Of a DNA stretch of 39,526 nt, positions 18,363 through 27,000 are shown piece by piece. This DNA comes from Bacteroidota bacterium (GTDB lineage Bacteria; Bacteroidota; Bacteroidia; UKL13-3). The DNA lies in assembly GCA_030699355.1 (NCBI GenBank), contig JAUYMZ010000428.1, positions 1 to 39,526 on the forward strand, in the 5' to 3' direction. How positions within the stretch are numbered: position 1 is the first letter of the stretch; the number at the start of each line of letters is the position of its first letter. Made by a program: the position numbers and the translations under genes. The notes below the pieces were generated by a model. The model saw only the letters and a program-made list of their open reading frames with translations. It had not been told where the DNA came from and made no database searches.

Positions 18363-18437
18363 ACAATTGCGCAGGCCTGCTCGCAGTTGGGCTGAACGCA
18401 ACACGGGCGTTGACTGCGATTGTATGAGCATTTTTCA

Positions 18438-18463
18438 GTCACATTATTTTTAAAAATTGTGAC
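18438..18463. promoter_or_regulatory. Inverted repeat GTCACA-N14-TGTGAC (candidate operator 1)
   Basis: Read directly from the sequence. It has the same architecture and 14-nt spacing as the second site 44 bp downstream. Confidence 0.55.
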
Positions 18464-18480
18464 ATAAAGCCGCTATATAT

Positions 18481-18508
18481 TGTCACAATTATTTCTATAT
18501 TTGTGACA
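18481..18508. promoter_or_regulatory. Inverted repeat TGTCACAA-N12-TTGTGACA (candidate operator 2) overlapping a TATATTTG -7 box
   Basis: The core is GTCACA-N14-TGTGAC at 18482..18507. TATATTTG (18496..18503) matches TAnnTTTG. The antitoxin ATG is at 18508, which implies a leaderless or very short-leader mRNA. Confidence 0.55.
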
Positions 18509-19119
18509 TGAAAGAATCGGTGAAACATATTATTGAACTGAAAATCAATAGATTTAAGCCTGGACAAGTCTTTTTGCCTTCCGATTTTAAGGAACTAGGC
18601 ACTTCTACCGCTATAAGAAAAGCACTTTCTAGGCTTGTCGAAACTGGGCAAGTGGAAAGAATGGGACAGGGAATCTATGTAATACCAAAAAATGACAAGG
18701 TATTTGGAAAAGTATTGCCATCCATGGAGCAGTTAGCTGAAGCATTGGCAAAAAAGGAACATGTTAAAATAAAACCTTCAGGACAATACGCTTTGAATAA
18801 AGTGGGGCTATCTACTCAAGTACCAATGAGGTTGGTATTTCTAACCACTGGAAATTCAAAAAGAATTCAGATTGGTAAAAACGCGATCATATTCAAGTCT
18901 ACGACCGCCAAAAAACTATCGATGAAAGGAGACATCACGAGTTTGTTGTTTTTAGGATTAGAAGAACTTGATTTACAAAAAATATCACCGACACAAATGA
19001 ATAGAATAATGGAGCTTTTGAAACTAGAGAGCCATGAAAATTTAAAGTATAATTTGCGATTGGCTCCATCAAAAGTGAGCGATTTTATTGTCAAAAATCT
19101 TTTAAACCCTGTACTATGA
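18508..19119 (+). CDS. AbiEi/DUF6088-like transcriptional antitoxin (type IV TA system)
   Basis: N-terminal wHTH-like segment (GQVFLPSDFKELGTSTAIRKALSRLVETGQVERMGQGIYVIPK) and central ALNKVGLSTQVPMRLVFLTTGNSKRIQIG match my memory of this family. The stop overlaps a downstream ATG (ATGA). Confidence 0.75.
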   Translation: MKESVKHIIELKINRFKPGQVFLPSDFKELGTSTAIRKALSRLVETGQVERMGQGIYVIPKNDKVFGKVLPSMEQLAEALAKKEHVKIKPSGQYALNKVGLSTQVPMRLVFLTTGNSKRIQIGKNAIIFKSTTAKKLSMKGDITSLLFLGLEELDLQKISPTQMNRIMELLKLESHENLKYNLRLAPSKVSDFIVKNLLNPVL

Positions 19120-19292
19120 TTGGTTGGTTAAAAAACTTAAATGATGCTTCAAGATTGATATCAATAAATGAAGCTTCAAGAATTTCAGGTATTTTCGCAG
19201 TTGATTATTTTTTTGTCCTAATCTTCGGTGAGCTTCGGCGGAGGAGCTCCGCCTTTGGAATGCCACAAATAATATTGCCACGGATGCACTAA
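19116..19292 (+). pseudogene. 5' remnant of an AbiEii/AbiGii-type nucleotidyltransferase toxin gene, truncated by 58-bp repeat copy 2
   Basis: The ATG overlaps the antitoxin stop. The first ~27 codons (MIGWLKNLNDASRLISINEASRISGIF) resemble the start of this toxin family (M..WL.L.......I..AS...GI). From 19199 the frame reads through the repeat and REP-like DNA to a stop after 58 codons. Confidence 0.45.
19199..19256 (+). repeat. 58-bp direct repeat, copy 2
   Basis: AGTTGATTATTTTTTTGTCCTAATCTTCGGTGAGCTTCGGCGGAGGAGCTCCGCCTTT. See copy 1. Confidence 0.85.
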
Positions 19293-19338
19293 TGTTTTTT
19301 GCCTGCGGGTGCATAATTATTGCCACGAATGCACGAAT
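19275..19338 (+). repeat. REP-like cluster, copy A (TTGCCACGGATGCACTAAT...GCCTGCGGGTGCAT...CCACGAATGCACGAAT)
   Basis: It has the same motif order as 20374..20423 and as the reverse complement of 20962..21010. Confidence 0.7.
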
Positions 19339-19424
19339 GGGTTGCCAAAGACTCAACACTAATGGCCAGCGACTAACGAGCAAATTGACTATCGCTTTTC
19401 ACCAAAATGAATTACAGTAGAACC

Positions 19425-20027
19425 TCAAAACTCGCGCTCAAACCTTTCGCCTGTCATGGATATGTGTGCTTTCAAAACACAATGGGAAGGATGATACCAC
19501 AAGGTATCATTTCCCCAATGGGTTTTACTTACCATTAAGGAAACATCATTATATTCCTTTCCTTCTATCCATAAATTAACACGTGGTAATTGACTAATTC
19601 TAACTCCAGGTGCGCCAACAAAACGATTTCCAAAGGCAGAAAATTCGTACCTAAAAACCACGCCTTCATCTAACTGTCTATAACAATAGTAAAACCCAAG
19701 CACACTAAGTTTACTTCTATAATGGTGCCCGTATAATTCTAATCTTGAACTTGTATTGCAAGTAAACTCAACTGTTCCATACCCAATATTCCATGTGGTT
19801 TCGCAATCATTCATTTTAGAAAATTCTAGAATTTCTTCGGTATCGAGGTTTTTAAATTTTAGGGTTCCAGGTATTCCACAATATAAATCGTCTCTGATAC
19901 TGTCTTGAATATAGGTATATTTAACGGCAGGCACGTCTTTACATTCATCTTTTTTAATACATCCTACAAAATGAAAGGATAAACAGATAGCGAAGACCAT
20001 AATCGAAATAGTGTTGTAATTTTTCAT
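19425..20027 (-). CDS. Hypothetical lipoprotein (200 aa, several Cys)
   Basis: Signal peptide ending in FVGC (lipobox-like, Cys23). No other motif recognised. Confidence 0.55.
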   Translation of the reverse strand: MKNYNTISIMVFAICLSFHFVGCIKKDECKDVPAVKYTYIQDSIRDDLYCGIPGTLKFKNLDTEEILEFSKMNDCETTWNIGYGTVEFTCNTSSRLELYGHHYRSKLSVLGFYYCYRQLDEGVVFRYEFSAFGNRFVGAPGVRISQLPRVNLWIEGKEYNDVSLMVSKTHWGNDTLWYHPSHCVLKAHISMTGERFEREF

Positions 20028-20373
20028 AGCATAAATTTAGTTTGCAAATATTCCAAAAACCACCTAGCCATTAAAAATTGAATTAAGCAAACACCGTTTT
20101 ATTATTTATTGATTTATACTAAAATTGGTCCTTGATTTGGTTTTTATCCCAGCTTAAAAAAAGATTCATGCATAACAAAAACTATGATATTAAAAATGAT
20201 TTTTTATCCTTGAATTAAGTTACGTAAGGGAATTGAACTAAAGGCCCCAATTCGAAATAGTGACGAACTCGTGATGTTGACGCCCTAAACGCTATGTTAA
20301 TTTTTTTTAGAATTAGGCTATAAAGAAATTAGAACCAATCCCCACTCTCTGCCACGAATCTGCACAAAAACTT

Positions 20374-20423
20374 TTGCCACGAATGCACGAATATCTTTTG
20401 GCCTGCGGCGGGTATGTATATTG
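20374..20423 (+). repeat. REP-like cluster, copy B (left arm of an inverted pair)
   Basis: TTGCCACGAATGCACGAATATCTTTTGGCCTGCGGCGGGTATGTATATTG. About 90 percent identical by eye to the reverse complement of 20962..21010. Confidence 0.8.
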
Positions 20424-20438
20424 ATACGAACCTATTTT

Positions 20439-20469
20439 GCCAGCAGCTAGAGGCCAGCAGCTAGAGGCC
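20439..20469. repeat. Tandem 14-mer GCCAGCAGCTAGAG x2 plus a partial unit
   Basis: Read directly from the sequence. It supplies the last codons and the stop of the 96-aa minus-strand ORF. Confidence 0.8.
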
Positions 20470-20692
20470 TTAACTCTTTAATCTCTCCTTGATGGGTGGA
20501 GGTATAAGAAACCAAAATTTGAACCAAAGAATCGTAGTAATTTTCGAGGTGCTTAATATTTATTTCTGGATGCTCTTTGTTTGGATTGGTTACCGGAAAT
20601 TCATTGATGTATTTAGATAATTCTGGATGCTTATCATTAATCAAAAGCGTAATTTTTAAAATGTCTTCGTTTAGTTGTTTTTCTGTTTTCAT
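20447..20692 (-). CDS. Small hypothetical protein (start probably at MKTEKQLNEDILK)
   Basis: ORF only. The C-terminal ...LRPLAAGL is encoded by the tandem 14-mer repeat, so the native 3' end may have been replaced. Confidence 0.45.
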   Translation of the reverse strand: MKTEKQLNEDILKITLLINDKHPELSKYINEFPVTNPNKEHPEINIKHLENYYDSLVQILVSYTSTHQGEIKELRPLAAGL

Positions 20693-20794
20693 ATAAGTAT
20701 AATTTAGGTTGTTATCAGGTAGCATATTTTTTATCACAACATTTTATTGCAAGTAAAAAGCAAAAAATTTTAGTTTGATTGGCTAGCTGTAATT

Positions 20795-20841
20795 AAAAAA
20801 CCATAGCATTACGCGTTGTTACCACAATTATAATGCTATGG
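20795..20841 (-). terminator. Terminator-like hairpin on the minus strand (11-bp perfect stem, then T6)
   Basis: Plus strand: AAAAAA-CCATAGCATTA-(19 nt)-TAATGCTATGG. On the minus strand this reads stem-loop-stem-TTTTTT. It lies about 100 nt upstream of the small ORF start, with no ORF of 60 aa or more upstream of it. Confidence 0.45.
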
Positions 20842-20961
20842 CAACTTAGACCTGTTACATAAAAAAGATAAAAACTTACATAAATAGAGCATTAAGTTAG
20901 GTGGGATGAAAGTTGAAAAAAATGGCTTCTGGCTTCTGGCTCTAAGTAAATAGATTTGTGG

Positions 20962-21010
20962 CAATATAGATACCCGCCGCAGGCAAAATAGATTCGTGCA
21001 TTCGTGGCAA
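20962..21010 (-). repeat. REP-like cluster, copy C (right arm of the inverted pair)
   Basis: The reverse complement is TTGCCACGAATGCACGAATCTATTTTGCCTGCGGCGGGTATCTATATTG. Confidence 0.8.
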
Positions 21011-21262
21011 GAATATTCGTGGCAATAAATTCCTCATTTAGCTTAGTGTTGATTTATATTTTTATTTCGAAACCAAAAGTTAGAAGTATTTGGCGTAGAA
21101 TGCCAGATACAAACTTGGACAATTGATTTTTTGAATATTATGCAAACACCTTCGTAATAAATTGCAAAATACACTAAATTATTACAAACCATAAATACCC
21201 ATCAATTATCATGATAGAAAGTATAGCCATAATATTGTACCACATTTTTAATACAACAAATT

Positions 21263-22114
21263 ATGAAAAACTATTTTACAAACAAAGCCATGATTATTTT
21301 ATGTATGGTATTCATGGTTGCTCAATCCTCTAAGGGACAAAATTTTTATGTTAAGTTTTCTGGTGGTTATGGATTAGGATCTAGTCCAGATGCATTTGGG
21401 ATGAATAACAGTTCACAAACAGGAAGCTTGGAAACGAACACTAAAGTAAATTTAACACTTGGTACAGGTGTTAATGTTGCTGGTACGCTGGGATACTCAT
21501 TTAACGAAAATATTGGAACCGAACTAGGGGTTTCGTATTTCATGGGCTCAAGTTCTTCATTTAAAAGCAGCTATTCTGGTTCATTTTCTTCAGAATCCTA
21601 TTCGGCAGAATTATCTGGAAAAATGTTAATGGTGGTTCCATCATTGGTATTAAGTCATACCTTTAATAGAATTAAACCCTATGCTAAGTTTGGACTAATT
21701 GTAGGACTTGGTTCAGCCACAATAAAAAATGATTATGAAGATTTTGACATCTCAAATAATGACAAAGATTATGGAAGCACTACCACAAAATTAAGTGGTG
21801 GATTGGCACTTGGATTAAATAGTGCGATTGGTATTTCATATGAAATAAACGATAGAATTTCTTTATTTGGAGAATTGCAGAATGTTAATTTAAACTATTC
21901 TCCAAAACAAGGTGAGGTTACAAAAAGCAGCCTAAATGGGGTGGATAATTTATCAACACTAAAACCTAGAGAAATTAAAACAGAATTCACAGATTCGTAT
22001 ACAATAGATAGGTCGCAAAATCCTGATGAAAATGCGCCAAGTAAAGAGATTTCACCAAATCTCCCCTTTAGTAATATTGGCTTTAATATAGGTATAACCA
22101 TTAACCTTAATTAG
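21263..22114 (+). CDS. Outer-membrane beta-barrel protein (OMP_b-brl-like), stand-alone gene
   Basis: Signal peptide (MIILCMVFMVAQSSKGQ), then an alternating hydrophobic pattern rich in G/S/Y/F (YVKFSGGYGLG, GTELGVSYF, GLNSAIGISYEI). Confidence 0.7.
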   Translation: MKNYFTNKAMIILCMVFMVAQSSKGQNFYVKFSGGYGLGSSPDAFGMNNSSQTGSLETNTKVNLTLGTGVNVAGTLGYSFNENIGTELGVSYFMGSSSSFKSSYSGSFSSESYSAELSGKMLMVVPSLVLSHTFNRIKPYAKFGLIVGLGSATIKNDYEDFDISNNDKDYGSTTTKLSGGLALGLNSAIGISYEINDRISLFGELQNVNLNYSPKQGEVTKSSLNGVDNLSTLKPREIKTEFTDSYTIDRSQNPDENAPSKEISPNLPFSNIGFNIGITINLN

Positions 22115-22136
22115 GTAAAATAACTATCAAAAACGG

Positions 22137-22198
22137 GACCCCAAAATAGCTTAGACCAATAAAATTGGCATAACCTATTTTGGGGTCTTGTTTTTTTT
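22137..22198 (+). terminator. Rho-independent terminator
   Basis: GACCCCAAAATAG-(25 nt)-CTATTTTGGGGTC form a 13-bp perfect stem, followed by TTGTTTTTTTT. Confidence 0.7.
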
Positions 22199-22309
22199 GC
22201 TCCTAAGCTTATCAGTTGAGTTAAGCAAGTAAATCGGCTAAAAATATACCGATAACTCAATTGCATTACCGTTAACTAATAATCATATATTGGTAAATAG
22301 TGCCATAGC

Positions 22310-22317
22310 TATTTTTG
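22310..22317 (+). promoter_or_regulatory. Candidate -7 box TATTTTTG for the 22331-34708 operon
   Basis: It matches TAnnTTTG and ends 13 nt before the ATG at 22331. A TTG lies at 22290..22292, 17 nt upstream of the box. Confidence 0.4.
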
Positions 22318-22330
22318 AGTTAGAAATGCT

Positions 22331-24028
22331 ATGAAAATATTTAACTCATTAGGGCTTTATTTGTTTGGTGCTTGCATACTCATTGGCGAGGCAAAAGCGC
22401 AGGAAAAAAAGTTTTCTTTGAAAGGAAATACGGGTGTTTATAGCGATTTTTATTCCCTCACAAATAATACAAATGGAAATACTTTGGCAAGAAGACCGCC
22501 CCTAAATGGAAGGTTTGTATTTAATGCCACTTTAAGTTTTCATAAATTTTCTTTACCAATTAGTGTACTTATATTTAACAAGCAATTTAGCACCGTTTAC
22601 CCCACCCTCCCCAACGAAAATTTATGGGAATTTATAAGTAATCCAGGAAACCGTGTGGGCATTGCACCCAAATATAAATGGATAGAACTGCAATTAGGTT
22701 CGCATGTTCCAAGGTTTTCAGAATTAAGCATCGGTGATTTACCTCAATTTGGCATCGGCCTGAACCTAAGTCCGGGTAAATTTAGGTTATCTGTTTTCAG
22801 TGGCTTGAGTGCGCAAGCGATTCAACCAGATAGCGCACGCAATGTGGCTGGGCAGTTTAAACAGCGCATGCAAGCTGCTAAAATTGGGTTTGGTGCAGAA
22901 GAATCTACACATATTTATCTTATTGCTGCCACCCTTGAAGATGATACTAGCTCTATTCAAAACACCAAGCGTTTGTTGATGCCTAAAAAAGGGCTGGTAA
23001 CTACCATAGATTATCGCTTAAATTTAGGAAAAAAACTATGGCTAAAAGGTGAAATTGCGGGCTCTGCATTTACCAGAGACCTACAAAGTAAAAAAATAGA
23101 TTCTACCCAACTACCTATAGACATTCCTACTCAAATTTTTGTTTTTCAGGAATCGAGCCGCCTGGATTATGCTTCTGTAATGACCCTAGGAAAAGAAGGT
23201 AAAATCGTTGGATTTCAAATTAATGCCAAATACATTGGAGATGGTTTTTATGCAGTTGGATATCCGTTTATGCAAACAGACAGAATGGATATTACAGTTG
23301 ACCCTAGGATTAGCTTATGGAATGGGAAATTTAATTTACAAGGCAGCGTTGGAAAAAGGTTAAATAATTTAAGTGGCATTCGCAGTGCAGTGTCTACCCA
23401 ACTATTAGGCATGGCCAATCTACAAATAAACTTTACTGAAAAGTTAAGTGCAGCAGCCAACTACTCTAATTTTGGATTTACCAATACCATTGCCAATGAT
23501 ACATTTAAAATAAACATGATTACTCAATCTATTGGGTTCAGCCCAGTTTATATGAGCAATGGGAAACACAACAGCCATTTTGTTAGCTTTACAATTAACA
23601 AGGATGAATTTAGAGATTATAATATTGTTAGTGGCAGTACCAATAACAATGATATGTTCTCTTGGATGCTAAATTATGGCTTAAGTGGTTTAAAAAAACC
23701 ATATAAATGGAACCTATTATACAACCAACTCAATAATCAAATGTATGCCGGCGAATTGCGCATGCAATCTATACATACAAGTATTTCCTATTCATTTTTT
23801 AAAAAGAAGTGTTTAACCCAATTAGGCTTTACTTATTCAGAAACGAGCCTATCTAGCAATGCGCCATCTGTTCAATTGTTAACCAATATAGGCGTAAAAT
23901 ATACACTCAATAAAAAAACCAGTTTTAGTCTTGCAGGCAATATCAATAATTTTAGTTATGGTGATACCAAACCAGGAGCATCATTTATAGAGAACTTTCT
24001 TAAAACATCAGTCACCTATCAATTTTAA
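22331..24028 (+). CDS. Predicted outer-membrane beta-barrel protein (565 aa), first gene of the candidate system
   Basis: Signal peptide (LFGACILIGEAKAQ), beta-strand-like alternation throughout and a C-terminal ...KTSVTYQF (aromatic terminal residue typical of BAM substrates). No TonB plug or POTRA motif recognised. Confidence 0.7.
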   Translation: MKIFNSLGLYLFGACILIGEAKAQEKKFSLKGNTGVYSDFYSLTNNTNGNTLARRPPLNGRFVFNATLSFHKFSLPISVLIFNKQFSTVYPTLPNENLWEFISNPGNRVGIAPKYKWIELQLGSHVPRFSELSIGDLPQFGIGLNLSPGKFRLSVFSGLSAQAIQPDSARNVAGQFKQRMQAAKIGFGAEESTHIYLIAATLEDDTSSIQNTKRLLMPKKGLVTTIDYRLNLGKKLWLKGEIAGSAFTRDLQSKKIDSTQLPIDIPTQIFVFQESSRLDYASVMTLGKEGKIVGFQINAKYIGDGFYAVGYPFMQTDRMDITVDPRISLWNGKFNLQGSVGKRLNNLSGIRSAVSTQLLGMANLQINFTEKLSAAANYSNFGFTNTIANDTFKINMITQSIGFSPVYMSNGKHNSHFVSFTINKDEFRDYNIVSGSTNNNDMFSWMLNYGLSGLKKPYKWNLLYNQLNNQMYAGELRMQSIHTSISYSFFKKKCLTQLGFTYSETSLSSNAPSVQLLTNIGVKYTLNKKTSFSLAGNINNFSYGDTKPGASFIENFLKTSVTYQF

Positions 24029-24034
24029 TACGCT

Positions 24035-27000
24035 ATGAAACCATATCTAGTAAGCTTTCTGTTGATTCTTCTATTTGGCAAATTTAGCCAAAGTCAAACC
24101 ATCCAATTGGTATTGAGTCCGAAACCCTCGCCTTATGTTTCTGATTGGACAAGCAAGAGAGAAACTGCGCAAATTATGGTTAGCAATCCTACAAGCAATA
24201 CGATAGATGCCAAAGTAAAGACCCAACTGTTTTTAAATGGAAGTACCTTGTATGCAGAAACAAAAACAAACGCAATGCCTATCATATCTATTAACCCTGG
24301 AATGAGTGTGTATGGTTCAGACGAAATTTACCCAGCTACAGCCATTCAGTTTCAAGGCACCAATATGAATAGCGTTTTACAAACAGGCAAAATTTCGGAT
24401 GGCGTATATACCCTCTGTGTGCAATTGGTTCACCCAGTAACGGGCTTAGCTTTAACCTCACAGCCGCCAGTTTGTAAGGTATTTACCATTGTAAGTTACC
24501 AAGCACCCATTTTATTATATCCAGCCAATAATGCGAGCCTAAACGAAAATATGGCAAGAAATGTATTGTTTAAATGGACAGGAATTAGTCCGAACCCAAA
24601 CGAACCTGTAAGCTACCGACTAAAAGTATTTGAAGTATTGGATGGACAAGCCGATATACAAGCCATTCGGAATAATATACCCATTGTAGAAAAAGACTTG
24701 CTGAACCAAACCCAAAGCATATGGCCTCACGAATTTATGCCTCCAGAAAAAGATAAAAATTATGTTTGGACAGTAGTTGCCCTTGATGCCACGGAGATAA
24801 ATTTTATAGACGGAGATGGTTTTGCACAGCCATTTATTTTAAAAGTAAGACAGCCACAAATGATGGGTATGACGCCTCCACCCAATAATAACTCATCAAC
24901 AAATTCGGGTCCAATTGCCGTTGGAGACACCATAAAAGCAGGCCAAAATGGCGAATTTAAAATTGCCATAACCCAAGTAAGTGTGGCCAATAATGGTAAT
25001 TTAACAGGCAAAGGAAAAGTTTGGATACCATGGATAAAAAGTCACTTTTTAGTTGGCTTTGAAAACATAAAAGTAGACTCAAATAGAACCCTTACCAAAG
25101 GAGGAATTATAGTGGAGAAAAACACCAGTATAAGTAACAACATCGCTACTTATCCGCAAGCATGGGCGCAAAGCCTTGTTGCTGGAAACTCTTGGATAAA
25201 CAACATGATAGATGGAGCTACCAATTATACCAATAATCAGATTAACTCTATTTCTAACTGGGTAGATAATAACAGCGGTTTGCCTCCCTTTAATTACGAA
25301 GCCAATGTATCGGCACCTGTTATTTCTGGCAACGGATTAAAACTCCCATTAGGATTGGTATTTTCGGGAGGCAATCATAAGTTTTTGATTACGGAAATGC
25401 TTTTTAAACCCAACGAATCTAAGTTGATTTTTTTGGTTCAGACCGAATGGATGGATAATGGCGTGGTAAAAAAGTTAGGATTTAAGGGCAGTGGATTTAT
25501 TTTTAAACCCAATAAAGTATTGTTTAACAATGGTAGAATTGAGTTGGTAGAGAATATTGGCTTTTTAAATTCGAACCAAAAGATAGAATATACCTTTAAA
25601 AAAGGCACATCTACCAATGGATGTTATTTGCAATGGGCAGATACAGGTTTGGTATCTGTGAACCTAGACATGGAAGTACAATTTACGAGAGATTGGTTAA
25701 TTCCTATACCATCTTCTAATGGCACCCAGCGCACAAAAGCTACCCTTGTGGGAAATGGAACCAGCATGCAAGACATTATTATTACTGGCAATTTAGGTGC
25801 TTGTGAATTTGTAAAAGTTAAAGGATTTAAAATAAAACAACCTGTAGCTATTGCCCTCGATTTTTCTGATATTAGAAACACCACTCTTATGCAATTTCCT
25901 AAAAACTACCCAGGAGATACAGGCGTAGATTGGCGTGGGTTTTATATACCTATTGCAGCCATTACCATACCTGAAGCGTGGACCAAAAACACCTTGCCTA
26001 TTCCAGTTAATCTATCCCATTTAATCATAGATAACATGGGATTAAGCATGAAAGCGAAGGCAAATAATGTGGTAAATTTAAGTCAGGGCTCTGTAAACAA
26101 TATGAATGCCAGCTTAGACTCTATAGAAATTGCGATTGTAAACAACTCTCTGCAATATGGCAAAGCCAAAGGCTTTTTGGTTATTCCTATTTGCAAAGAC
26201 AGCCTTATTAACCGAATGAAATATACTGCCACCTTTAACCAAAATAATGCCGATAGCGGATTGGAGTTTGTGCTTGTTCCTACACAAGCAATTTACACAG
26301 AATTGTTAAAAGGAGAAATTACCTTAAAACCAAGCTCTTCACTAAGCACTACATTTAAACAAGGCAACATGACCATAAGCTTAAAACTAGATGGCACCTT
26401 TAAATGGAACGATCCGAAATTAATGGCTACACAAAATCAATTAATAAGCGGATTGCCTGCACCAGTAAGGAACCTTGGTATTAAAGGAATAAAAATGGAA
26501 ATGGAATTTGAAAAGTTGAAGCTTGCCTATATCAATAATATGAGTAGCAATATACATACTGCCACCTTTGATATTGGAACATGGAGTTTTGCTAGTCCGC
26601 AAAAGCGCGCATTTAATTTACCCGTAACGATAGCCAACATCCAATATAAAACACTCTCAGTACAAAATTTACCTGCACCCAATAAAGAACTTTTTAGAGG
26701 GGCAATAACTATGGATATTATAGCCAATTTAACAGACGATATTGGAGGAGCAACCAAAATTGGATTAGCATTTGCGTTGCAAACAAATTTAACAAGCAAA
26801 AAATTTAAACCAGAATATAAATGCTCATTTGTGGATAGCCTTCAGGTAAGAATGGATGTAGCAGCTGTTAAGTTTGATGGTTATTTAAAAATATACGACA
26901 ACGATTTGATATTTGGAGATGGGTTTAAGGCAGAAATTAAAGTTAAATTTGTGCCCATTTCAGTTACCTCAAATGCCTTGGTTCAGTTTGGAAATACTGC

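Noticed and set aside
19114-19383. 89-aa minus-strand ORF
   Set aside because: It is composed entirely of 58-bp repeat copy 2 and REP-like repeats read in one frame. It is an artefact of repeat translation.
17666-21262. An intact prophage, ICE or genomic island next to tRNA-Ser
   Set aside because: There is no integrase, recombinase, transfer or phage structural gene in the region. It holds only repeats, an orphan antitoxin and small hypothetical ORFs, so it is better described as a decayed remnant.
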